Source of the DNA: Epithemia pelagica
Taxonomy: Eukaryota; Protista; Bacillariophyta
Reading direction: 5' to 3'
DNA length: 64,000 nucleotides
Assembly (NCBI GenBank): GCA_946965045.2
Contig: OX337235.1
Location: 1,798,001 to 1,862,000, forward strand
Shown: positions 38,306 to 49,642 of the stretch, piece after piece
How positions within the stretch are numbered: position 1 is the stretch's first letter
How the letters are laid out: every line of letters starts with the position of its first letter
Program-made: the position numbers and the translations under genes
The notes under the pieces: model-generated
Told to the model about the DNA's origin: nothing
Database searches by the model: none
The model's input: only the letters and a program-made list of their open reading frames with translations

Positions 38306-38669
38306 GACTATTCCTCGCAAATGGATAAATTAATAACACTGGCAGGGTTCTCTGGAATCTGGAAGTCAGCGACTTGCAGTTATGTAGAATAACTTTTAGC
38401 GGTCGACAAGCAAAGATAAGGAGAAAGGGGAAAGGGGGCCAACAACCAACAACATGTTGTGAAGAACAGAAGGTTGAGGACGGATGTCTTCAAATTTTCA
38501 GGTGGAAAGTGGAAACTGGCGCGCGGAGCACGGGCGGAGCATGAGCGCATACGCGGGCGACCCAAACCTTCAAACTTGGGAGCGACCACTCTTCATTTCG
38601 GTCGCCCCAAACCCCGGGGGGAGAGTGACGTGTCTCAAGAACAAATCTCAGATCTCCGCCAAAGCGACC

Positions 38670-40106
38670 ATGATGGAGCAACTACGGGCATACTTGCTCC
38701 ATTGTTGCGTATGGATCATTCTTATTCAGTATGTTCTACCTTTTGCTGTCCTTCCAGCTAGGTCATTCCTTCCGACAGAACGAACATCAAAGCTGGAATC
38801 GTTGAATGCCGCCGCCGAGAACAATGACCTTGACGCCTTGCGACGCATGTTGGAAGCATCGTGGAATGTTGAATCCATGGGTGAAGTCCCAAAAGATTCA
38901 TCGACAGCAGCAGATGCTGCTGGGAGGGCATTGAGAGAAGCCATGCATGAAGATTCTCAAGATGTTTATAAGCCCGGTGCTTATTTCATTGACTTGTTGT
39001 TCCCTCCCTACGACAAGTCGGCAGGAGAAAACATGTATGACGAAGTGGCAGCTGTGGAATTTTGCATGGAACTAGCGAGAAGAATACCAACTCAGTCACA
39101 AGACAAGTACATTCTGTCATCTTTGATTCTGGTTAGAGACGAAAAGACAAAACAAACAGTAGACCGAGTCCTGCAGGCGCGTGAAAGGAGCTTAGAGAAA
39201 GATAATGCCGAGGCCGAGCTACTGGATGACGATGAGGACGACGATCAGGAGGAAGATGAAGATGACGACGACATGGAAGACTCCAGCGCACCAGCGATCG
39301 AGTACTATGATGACTTTGCTGATTCTGGGGACTTTTCATCGTCAACATCGGATGAACAACAGCCACCTCCACCTCCTGCATCGTCTGACGATGATGTCGA
39401 CTCTTTTCGACAGAAGCTTATGTCGAGTTGGGATACCACTGAGTCGAGTTTGCCTACGGAGCTGCCAATACCTTCATCCCCAGCAGAGAAGAAGGGGGTT
39501 CCAAAGCGAGACAGGTCCAAAGCGACGTCCTCACAAAAGTCTGGTGCTCCTCCGCCATTTCGCTTGGCTAGTTTGTTTGGAACATCTACCATCTCTCAGG
39601 GTGCTGACATGGGAGGAGATGTCGCCAAGGCATTGAAAGAAAATGTACGTCCATGGGATGAGGCAGATACCATTATAGTGTTGTCTGCTTGTGAAAAGGA
39701 TGAGTTGATTGCCATTCGAAGCATTCTACAATCAGCAAAAGAAGCATCTTTAGAAGATGAGAAGCAAAGAAATGTGATTATGGTAAACTGTAAATTTGAC
39801 CTCGTTCCCCGAGAACTTAGCGGAGCCAAAACCGTATACGGAATATTGCCATTGGTGGCCAAACCAGCAACATCCAGGACGAATTTGTTTCAGCGCAACG
39901 ATACTCCGGAACAAGAAAAACCTGTCAAAGTGGCTGTGTTGCGTCAATATCCCCGCGATTGGGAAGTCTTTGTTGACGATGGTTCGTCAGGTACATTTGA
40001 ACGGGCCTCGGAGGGAAATCCGATGCCCGTCAACAATGCACGAGGGCCACCAATGCAATGGGTGTCGACTTGTGTCAAGAACTTTCTTCAGTCTCGAATG
40101 AGGTGA
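38670..40106 (+). CDS. DUF1995-like protein, probably plastid-targeted
   Basis: Signal-peptide-like start MMEQLRAYLLHCCVWIILIQYVLPFAV; motifs FIDLLFP, VIMVNCKFD, LRQYPRDWEVF; acidic insertion. Confidence 0.65.
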   Translation: MMEQLRAYLLHCCVWIILIQYVLPFAVLPARSFLPTERTSKLESLNAAAENNDLDALRRMLEASWNVESMGEVPKDSSTAADAAGRALREAMHEDSQDVYKPGAYFIDLLFPPYDKSAGENMYDEVAAVEFCMELARRIPTQSQDKYILSSLILVRDEKTKQTVDRVLQARERSLEKDNAEAELLDDDEDDDQEEDEDDDDMEDSSAPAIEYYDDFADSGDFSSSTSDEQQPPPPPASSDDDVDSFRQKLMSSWDTTESSLPTELPIPSSPAEKKGVPKRDRSKATSSQKSGAPPPFRLASLFGTSTISQGADMGGDVAKALKENVRPWDEADTIIVLSACEKDELIAIRSILQSAKEASLEDEKQRNVIMVNCKFDLVPRELSGAKTVYGILPLVAKPATSRTNLFQRNDTPEQEKPVKVAVLRQYPRDWEVFVDDGSSGTFERASEGNPMPVNNARGPPMQWVSTCVKNFLQSRMR

Positions 40107-40280
40107 AAGTTGAATGTTGACGCCGCTAGTGGAACTAGGCTTTCTCTATTGATTCCTTTGAAGACGGACATTGTTAAAATGATGCACATTGTTTGGAATG
40201 TGGTCGAGTTCAATGAAAAGCTAGGAGTAAGAGTAGCTAGTTGGTGTTTGGTGGTAGGTGTAGGTGACAATTCGACAACA

Positions 40281-40606
40281 TACTCGTACGAGTAATAATA
40301 TAGGAGTATATAGCAAAAAGAAGTGATATTCGAACAAAACTACCCAACCAAGTTTCCATGACTACGAATATTCGAAGGAATTCTCGTACTTCGCAGGGCC
40401 ACCACCTACCATCATAATCATCAAGAATCATCGAGAATGAAGAGCATACGAGATACGAGTAATATTATCATGAAGATTGCAAATTGCAAATTGCAATACG
40501 AGATACTCGTACTCGTCTCGTATCTCGTATCTCGTATCTACTCTTACGAGTATACTCGTACTCTTTCCTCTTACTCGTATCTCGTACACGTACGAGTACG
40601 AGTATT
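40281..40606. repeat. TACGAG/CTCGTA simple-repeat tract in mixed orientation, plus (ATTGCAA)3
   Basis: Dense tactcg/tacgag/atctcgt units; perfect 15-bp inverted repeat at 40447-40461 and 40572-40586. Confidence 0.75.
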
Positions 40607-40807
40607 GGACAGCAGTTTGTCATTATTTGTCATTCGTATATTTTATATGTAAGTAGGGTTGGGGGAATCTGTCACGGGGCATGCCGTTCCCAGAGGAATT
40701 CCCAGTTCCCTTTCCAAATTCCCGTCGCCGCCAAAAAGCCGCCAGGAATTCCCAAATGCGACTACATATGCGACTACGTATATTATCGTCCTGTCCTAGC
40801 CATATTC

Positions 40808-40824
40808 TATCTTATCTGGGCATA
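40808..40824 (+). repeat. Left 17-bp target-site duplication of the Ambal-like element
   Basis: tatcttatctgggcata, identical to 49194-49210. Confidence 0.92.
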
Positions 40825-40972
40825 TAATTTCGTGGGCAGACGAAATTGAAAGGCATAGTCCTACGTGTAATCTGTCCAATAGTTTCTGGTTCCCCGTAGT
40901 TTTATCGTGTAAAGAAATCCCAGAAAGTGTCCCGAAAGCTCGATTGTCATTGGTGCAAGATCCACGTCGACC

Positions 40973-42953
40973 ATGGCGGAAGAACCTCAATCCGGTACAA
41001 ACGACGCCCCTATGGCGGAGTCTCAACCGACCACTACCAACAACAACTTAGCAAACGCCTCTAACAACAACGATGACGATGCAAGCCAAAGCACTGAGAT
41101 CACCACTGTGTATCATCCGATACCGTACGAAGGAGAAGAAAAGGAGTACACAATCAAATTTGTGTTTCGACCTGAAGAAGACCAAAACGGAAACATCGCT
41201 AAACTCCACTACGACACGCTGTATACGATTTCTCAAGTTTATCCGGAAGTAAAAATATTCGACAACAGAGGTTCGAAGCTCAACAGGAAGAAATTGGAAG
41301 CACTCAAGACGTACTCTGCGTACTTACGACATTTCGACCTTCATTACTCGAAGGGAAACGAATCGAAGAAACGCAAGCCCATGTATATCGTCATTCACAG
41401 GTTCCAATCAAAGGTATCCATTAGTGAAATACGTCGCCACTCTGCTGTACAGGAAAGGCTCAAGCTTGTCAAAGCGAAAATGACACAGCACCTCTGGAAT
41501 GAGAATGAGACGAGAATTGCGAATCTAGGATTCTTCGTGGGCTACGACCCGAGTAACATCCCGCAAGAAGAAATGATCGAGTCAGTCATATTGGAGATAA
41601 TCAAAAAGACCAAGAAACCGAGAAACAAGATCCCCAAGTTCAAGTGCAATTACTCCTCTCCAATTCTCTTTGACGGAGATAACAAGTGGAACACCAAAGC
41701 GTTTGATTTACAATGCCGCCAACACGACGCCAAGGCACTACTCGAATTGCTCCAAGAAAGTTATGTCCAAGATCCGAAGTTTATTTTTCACAAACTACGT
41801 CATACCAACAAAAAGACGTATTGCAATTCGCTACAAGATCAGAACTCTTATCTCAACTCAAGTCGGATCATACCTGCACCCATCCATCATGTGGTCTCTC
41901 AAAGACAGGATCATTCATCAATTTGAAGGCGTGATCAGAGTTACCGGACACAAAGACTCAGACCGTATAGGACGCTTTAATGTCCACACAACCGACGAGC
42001 ACTTTGAAAACCTGAAGAGTGCCTTGAGAGTTTCTATTGTCTCGCTAGTGATAGCAGAACGCAGTGCGCGTGGTCTCAATCCCAAGGAATTCGATCAACC
42101 ACCAAGACTAGCCTTTCGACATGAAGGATACGGCCAAGGAACGGGCGGATATGATGACGAATCGACGGACCATGGAGGCTCTTATGCGACCTATGTTTCT
42201 GCATTGAACTCTTTGCACACTGCAAACGAGACCGACGAGTTGGGTGATGACACGAACGAGAGCTACACAAACCCACCAAGCAGGACAAGGCCTGTTGCCC
42301 AAGCGTGGAAAATGGTCGCACCGGTGCAGACAGTAGTCACATCAACGACGACAGAGACCTCAACAAGTCAAGTCACCAACGAAGAATACGAACGCATGAA
42401 ATCAGAAAACGCGGACCTCAAAAACAAATTGAAAGAATTAAAAGATGCATTCAAATCATTCGTCACGAAACAAGAGGAAAACCACGAATCCGCCCAAAAC
42501 AAAATGATGCAGTCAATGATGCAAGCGATGCAACATCAAATGTCAATGATGATGCAACAGAACTTCATGCCGCCACAGAACTTCTCTCCTCAATACCAAT
42601 ATCAGGCCCCACCACAGTTTAATATGAGCCCAGTCAACGCCCCACACCAACAACAACCAATGCCAACCAACTTGTGGCCACAACATCCACCAACCCCTGC
42701 GAATCATCAACATATGCCGCCAAATCATATGCCATTGCCCCAAACACCAGTTCATCACAACCCTCCTCATCAAACGGCACTTGCATCTCAAAATGCAAAC
42801 CACCATGAAAACCAGAGTCAAGCACCTATGAAAAGGCGTATCGAAGACGACTCTGAACAACCGGCCACGCCAAAGCTTGACGTGAGTATGGCCCAGGCAA
42901 ACCCGTCCTTGCACGCGGACGGGTCCCTGGCCGACACGAGCATGCAATCATGA
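40973..42953 (+). pseudogene. Ambal-like ORF1 (about 660 aa) broken by one frameshift near 41870-41878
   Basis: Track ORFs 40973-41926 and 41670-42953 join as ...NSSRIIP / LHPSIMWSLK...; C-terminal coiled coil then a Q/P/M-rich tail. Confidence 0.8.
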
Positions 42954-45900
42954 GTGAGATGGTGAATGATAGCAATCTAAATTTAACCAACAATTCATTG
43001 CGACAACAACCACATCCACTAGCATTACTCATACGTCATTCCCTTCCAACAACCGATCAGGATTTAGAAAACAACGACGACGCCCCGAGTGTCGACGACA
43101 ACACATCCACCAATACCACAACTACTATTCCAGCAAACCCAAACAACGATGGCGCCTCGAGTGCCGACGATACACCAAGACAAACTACTATTCAAGCAAA
43201 CCCAAACAACGACGACGCCCTGCGTGTCGACGCCAATCAACCACAAACCACTATCCCAGCAAACCCGAACAACGATGACGCCTTGCGTGTCAACGTAAAC
43301 CAACAACAAACAACTATCCCAGTCAACACGAACAACGACGATGTCGAGAGCATCGACGGCGATATACTACAACAAGCAGAGAATGGCATCCATATCCACC
43401 TGCCAGGAATGGTTTACGCGACAGACAAATTTATTGGGCCGGAAACACAAGATGTCAAGCCTGCAAATGTATATCGCATCTTTGGATGCAACCCTAACGG
43501 ATTCAAAACTTTGATGTCACGAGGAGGCACCTTTGCCGAGTACTGTGAAGAATTGAACCGTCTTGATGCGGACACGTGGTGTTTTTATGAGACGAATGTA
43601 GACACTACTCAAGCTCAAGTCCGAAACATGCTCCATTCTACAATCCAACAACATTGCGAACATTCAAGACTCAGTTTCGGCAGCACCAACATTCCATCAC
43701 CAAGACCTACTCCTTACAAGCCCGGAGGCACATTGATCGCATCGCAAGGCAAATCGACAGGAAGAATCACGGAACAAGGCACAGACAGAATGGGACCGTG
43801 GTCATACCAAGTGTTCTCCTGCCGTAACAACAAAACTCTCACTGTCATCTCTACGTACCAAGTGTGCAAACAAGCACTTTTGACTGAAAACAACAACAGA
43901 GTTCGATCTTTCACAGCCTCAGTACAACAGCTTTCAATGCTCCGACAGGAGAACAGATCAATGTCTCCACGCGAAGCTTTTATATCGGATCTGACAGACT
44001 TTATCCGACAGCGCCGTGCCCGTAACTCAGAAATTCTATTATTGGGCGACTTCAACGAGGCACTATCCAATATCCACGAGGGAATGTCAAAACTTTGCAC
44101 CGAGTTAGAATTGCACGACCTAATGGGAGAACAGATCGGTGACATGTCTTTTGCTACCTTTGTGAACGGACAAGAACGCATCGATTACGCTTTGGGCACA
44201 ACACATGTCTCAACATCAGTCGTCAGGGCATGCTACGAACCCTTTCAACATAGAGAGATACCAAACGACCATCGAAACATGGTAATCGACTTTGATGTCG
44301 AAAGACTCTTCGGAAACGCCACTCAAACACTGGGTCCCATTTCAAGCCGCGATTTTACGAGCAAGGATAAAAGCTCAAACAGAAACTATATCATTCACAA
44401 ACACAAGTTCTTGATCGAGCACAATTTTCCACAGCGACTTGAGCGATTGAAACAGAACTGGAACCCAAGACTCGCAGAAGGTCTGGACAAGGATTTTCAA
44501 CGAGCAGGCGAGCATGCAAGTCGAAGATGTGCAAAGAAACCGAGGAGTATTCCATTCATAAAGCAACTAGCCAGTCTCAGGAAACGTAAAAATCTCCTAC
44601 TGAAATTGATATCGGCAGAGAAATGGGGTAAATCTTTTGAGTCGGGAATCGCATACACTACCCGCAATCAGTCTGTGATCAATATCCCCCACACCCTCGA
44701 AGCTTGTCAGCAGGAATGCAGAGTGGTTCAGCGACAGATACGCGAGATGACGAAGGATGCAGTACAGCGAAGACACAATGCCCTGCAAAAAGAGCTCCAA
44801 CAAGCCGTTCTCGAGGGGAACAAACAACAATCAAAAGCTTTGAAGCATCGGATTGCAGCAGAACGCACGAAAGCGATGTATAAAAAGCTCAGACAATGCC
44901 GCGGTAATTTGAAAACGGGCATAACCAGACTTGATGTTCCAGCCGATCCTACCACGACTGACTACAGTGGATGCACGGAATGGCTTACTATCAATACTCC
45001 CGCGGAAATAGAAGATCGATTGCTCACCAGAAACCGACGCCACTTTGGACAAGCACATAATACCTTTCCCACCAAACCACCATTCTCGGAATGGTGCGAT
45101 TGGGGGGCGTCGACTCATACGGCAGAGCTCATATTAGAGGGAAATTGGCAACGACCGGAACTTGATGAAATGCAGCAATCGCTCATCAATCACATGAAGG
45201 CTCGAGTTACACTTGACGCTGTTCCAGCTCCTATCACCGTCGAGGAATGGGTTGGCAAAATTAAAGCATGGCCAGAGTCTACATCAACGTCTCCATCCGG
45301 CTTTCACCTTAGCCATAGCAAAGCATTGGTGGCTTCTCACGACCTAGACACAACAACAGACGAAGGTCAAGAACTAGAGGAAAAGAGGGAACAAATCATC
45401 GCGTGGCAAGTCGGGCTAATAAATTGCGCACTCGTCAACAAATACTCGTACGACAGGTGGAAACACATTGTCAATGTGATGATTCTGAAAGAACCAAACA
45501 ATCTACGGATCCATTGACTTCGTGTCATCCATCTTTATGAACAAGACTACAACCTTGTTCTGGCGATCAAGTGGCGCCAGCTCATACACTTAAACACCAA
45601 TCAACGAACTCTGCACCCAATGCAATTTGGTGGAGTCCCAGGCAGAGACGCTGTAATCCCGACCTTATGCGAAGAACTTCAATACGAAATATCAAGAGCT
45701 AGCAAGCGGCCACTAGGTAGTCCACCTGGACTATGATGCAACCGCTTGCTACGACCGGATCGTCTTATCCTTCGGAAGCCTCGCGTCTAGAAGCTTTGGC
45801 CAACACAGGTCGATCGTCTTTATCAACGCAAAGACACTTGAAGAAGCCAAGTACTATTTAAAGACACAGCTCGGAGTGTCTGAACGGCATTACCAACATT

Positions 45901-48900
45901 GCCAATTGTACCCTATATATGGCTCGGGACAAGGAGCCGGTAACTCACCTGCAATCTGGTGCGTCATTTCTACGATTCTCTTTGACACCTACGAGGACAA
46001 AGCACATGGCGCTATGTTTAGCAGCCCTGATGGTTCTGTGAAAACTGCTCTACACATGATTGGGTTTGTGGACGATACTAGCGGCAGTGTCAATGACTTC
46101 TCGCGAGACCAACCAGCAACGCCAGAACATTACATTGCCAAGGCACAAGAAGACGCACAACGATGGAACGACTTGCTTAGTTTGTCTGGAGGCGCACTTA
46201 ATGTCGAGAAATGCTCCTATCACTTTTTGTATTACACGTTCAATGTGGATGGGCTTGCGTCCTTACAATCTGGAACCTTTGGACCTCAAATTACAATTCA
46301 CTTCCATGATTCGGACCAAACAATACTGATCAAACAATTATCTTCCTATCGGAGTCACAAGACTTTGGGTGTACAGAAATCACCACATCGAACAGATAAA
46401 GGGTTGTACCTCGCTCTTGCGAAAAAGAACAAAGCTCATACTTCCGTGATGGCCACCAGCCCTTTCTCCAGAACCGACGCCTGGGCCTATTACCATGCTA
46501 TCTACCTCCCTAGCATATCATATCCGCTACCATCGTCTTCCCTCTCTGATGCCCACTGCAATGCCTTACAAGTCCAGTTCAAGAAGGCCTTTTTACCCAA
46601 GTATGGCTTCAATCGCCATATGCCAAATGCAGTCGTTTACGGACCAGCAGAATTAGGAGGAATCAGACTGCGAACGCTCTCAGTGGAGCGTGGAATTTCT
46701 CAGACTTACCTACTGCTAGCATGTCTCAGATCACCAGGAGTTCCGGCACAACTTGCCAAGATCGCGATCTCGTGGGCTCAATTTCTCGCGGGTACTAGCA
46801 TTTCCATATTTGAAGATGTTGAGACACCGTTGCCACACTTGGTACCGATGCAATGGATCCCACAAGTGCGAACCTTCCTCCAAAAAGCAAACTGCAATAT
46901 TGAACTCGAATCCAAACTCCTTCCCGCTCTCCAACGAGTCAACGACCGTTTCCTCATGGATATTGCAATAGAGTCGTCGCAATTCACTCCAACGGAACTG
47001 ATTCTGCTCAATGCATGTCGTTTCTACCTGGGTGTGACATTGCTCAGTGATATATCCACTCCTGATGGCACGAAACTCTCGTTGTTTACTTTTGAACATC
47101 GCCATGACGATTTCTCGACTCATCACGGCCTGATTCCGTACCAAGACCGGCCGGGCCCCCGCGCTTGGCAACAGTGGGACAAATACCTTGACTTAGTCAG
47201 ACAGACAGGAGGTACACGAATGCTGATACACCCTCTCGGTTCCTGGACTGTACCTGGACAGAAATTACATCGACATTGGAAATTTCTCGTTGACTGCCCT
47301 AGCTCCAAGCTTTATGTGGCCGAATCTCCCAATAGTTTTTGACACTACTGGTACCAACACCCACTTTTTCTTCCAACGTCTCAACTCTCTCCAAGTCCCC
47401 CATCGACAGCTGTGCCCGTCCACGTTAACCACTCCGGTCCCGCTTTTATTATTCTGCCTTGCCGTCCTCAAGCCATCCCTTCCGATCCACCACCACCCCA
47501 GACTTTTCCCGACTACTTCTCTTCTCTCAAACAATGGGATCAACACCTAATGTCCAAACTGGTCCTTCTTTGCTCACCTCAACAAATCCAACAAAGTTTC
47601 ACCACTCCGACAGCTCGCCTCTTCTTATGCAGCGATGGTTCCGCGGCTATGTTCACTGGTAAATTTGGCTGTATTTGCAGCACGGATACTGGACAACGCC
47701 TTTTTCAATTAAGTGGCCCTGCTCCTGGTTATCGTACTTCGTCCTTCAGGTCGGAGAGTTATGGAATGCTTGCATTGCTACGTGCCGTGATTCATCTTAC
47801 GACGTCTTATGGCTTCAGTCTTCCGACACGATTAATCTTTTATACCGATTCCAAAAGTTTGATCAATACCGTGGAAAAGCGACTGGAATGGGTCTACGAC
47901 TTCCCATACTCTACGATGGAAGCAGACTGGGACATCCAACAATCGATCAGTACATCTATCAAACAATTCCCTGAAACTCCAAGTTTCTTACATGTTCGGG
48001 GCCACCAAGATCGTCTGCGACCATATCCAACACTGACCCTTGCTGCCCAGCTCAATGTAGACGCTGACCGATTGGCAGACTTATACGAATACCCGCCCAC
48101 TTTCTCATCGACACATGTCCCTCTTATCACAGGCAGCCAAGCCATACTTCATTCTCCCAAAGGGACTATCAATTCAAATTACCGCTCTATTCTACGCTAC
48201 CTTTCTACATGGAAAGCTTTACGCCAATACTTATGCAATCGCAACGAATGGTCGCTCGAGACTTTCGAGATGATTGATTGGACGTCACACGGACGCGCTA
48301 TCACGACTGTTTTCACCCGTCGACAATTCCATATTAAGTTTCTCCATGATTGGCTTCCACTTGGCTATCTTCGTTCTCGTTATGCCACTTACTACACAGA
48401 AACATGCCCGCTCTGCACTCCCTCTGTTGTCGAGACTCACACTCACTTTCTTTGTTGTCCCCACCGACAATGGAAAGGACCTCTTCTTGATGAACTGCAA
48501 GATTTCTGGCGTCTCCAATCCCTCGACCCAACTCTGAACCTACTACTTGTGGAAATTATTCACTCTTGGCTCGCCAACGTTCCACCGTCTTTTCCCACCC
48601 TCTCCCTCTCATATCAATCGCTGGTAACTCAACAACAACTTATCGGATATGCTCACATCTTTTTCGGCCGCTTCACTATTCAATGGCGCAATCTTCAAGA
48701 CAACTATCTCTCCACCAACCATCAACATTCACGCACAGTCTCCGGGACTCATTTTGTTACTGGCACAATTAAACTCTTATGGAAACACATCCATGCTCTA
48801 TGGATCACCCGAAACCACAACCTTCATGGTAATTCACCCCAAACAGTTGAAGCCGCATCTTATGCCCAAGCACAACGCGAGGTCACGACTTTATACGAAT

Positions 48901-49049
48901 TCCGCACCCGTCTCCCGCCCTCTGAACGCGATATTTTCTACTCGTCTCCCGCTGCTCATTTCGCAGCGGAAACTACTGCTGTTTCTCTTCGCTCTTGGAT
49001 CAATACCTGGCGCCCTGTCATTCTCAGGGATGCTGCCCCACCCTTGTAA
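42950..49049 (+). pseudogene. Ambal-like ORF2 (about 2030 aa): APE endonuclease, RT, RNase H; TGA at 45515 and 47340, 4-bp insertion at 45717-45720
   Basis: APE motifs NPNG, CFYETN, LLGDFN, RIDY, DHR. RT motifs IH*LRVIHLYE, LDYDATACYDRI, GSGQGAGNSP, FVDD. RNase H motifs CSDGS, RSESYG, YTDSKS, HVRGHQD, NVDADRLA. Then CPLC...HFLCC. Confidence 0.9.
43121..43372 (+). repeat. Four 63-nt (21-aa) tandem coding repeats upstream of the APE domain
   Basis: Units start at 43121, 43184, 43247 and 43310; consensus TTIPANPNNDDALRVD. Confidence 0.85.
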
Positions 49050-49193
49050 CCGATTTCTATTCTCTGTCCCGTCCTCACAACTTGTCCCGTCATGTTTAGT
49101 ACTCGCTCCTCATTTTGTGTGGAGCCGGGCGCGTCGGTCGACGTCACCCTAGCGGGTGCGCGCGGCAGCGTTAAAACAGACTGTACCTTTTTT

Positions 49194-49210
49194 TATCTTA
49201 TCTGGGCATA
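49194..49210 (+). repeat. Right 17-bp target-site duplication of the Ambal-like element
   Basis: Identical to 40808-40824; preceded by a T6 run. Confidence 0.92.
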
Positions 49211-49642
49211 GTGAGCAAGAGTCATGTTTAGGGTTAGAGATACATCCGGGATACCAAAGGCATGCCTTTGGGAACGGGAACGTTCCCATTGACCTCAATA
49301 CTCAATAGGCACGTTCCCAATTCCCATCGTTGAAATAGCGTTCCCCCAACACAAATTGTAAGGTTACGATCCAGGAATAGTTGTTCAATGGATATTTGAT
49401 AGGGCACCTCTCTAGAAATAGCCCTTAAAACTTAAAATGTCATTAGGAAAAGATACGAAGTACTCGTTTAAATGAACTACAAGTTTGTTGGGCTTAATCA
49501 TTTTTGCGCGACCGGCGACAGGGATACCAGTAGGACAAAGCGAAACAAAGTGAAGCGATGAAACTCATTAAATAGAAATTAGTTAGTACATGTACGAGTA
49601 GTTGTACACACTGCAATACAGTCAGTCTACAACCCAGACTTA

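Larger units (their letters stand above)
40825..49193 (+). mobile_element. Full-length Ambal-like non-LTR retrotransposon (ORF1; APE-RT-RNaseH ORF2), disabled
   Basis: Bounded by a perfect 17-bp TSD; domain order APE, RT, RNase H, Cys/His motif; four lesions are visible. Confidence 0.9.
40654..49354. mobile_element. Small non-autonomous hAT-like element (about 315 bp) interrupted by the Ambal-like insertion
   Basis: 14-bp TIRs TAGGGTTGGGGGAA and TTCCCCCAACACAA (2 mismatches). Flanking 8-mers tatgtaag and attgtaag (6/8 match). TTCCC/GGGAA subterminal motifs on both sides. Confidence 0.55.

Noticed and set aside
49227-49237. TTTAGGGTTAG telomere-like motif near the Ambal 3' junction
   Set aside because: Less than two units and outside the TSD; not enough to claim telomere targeting.
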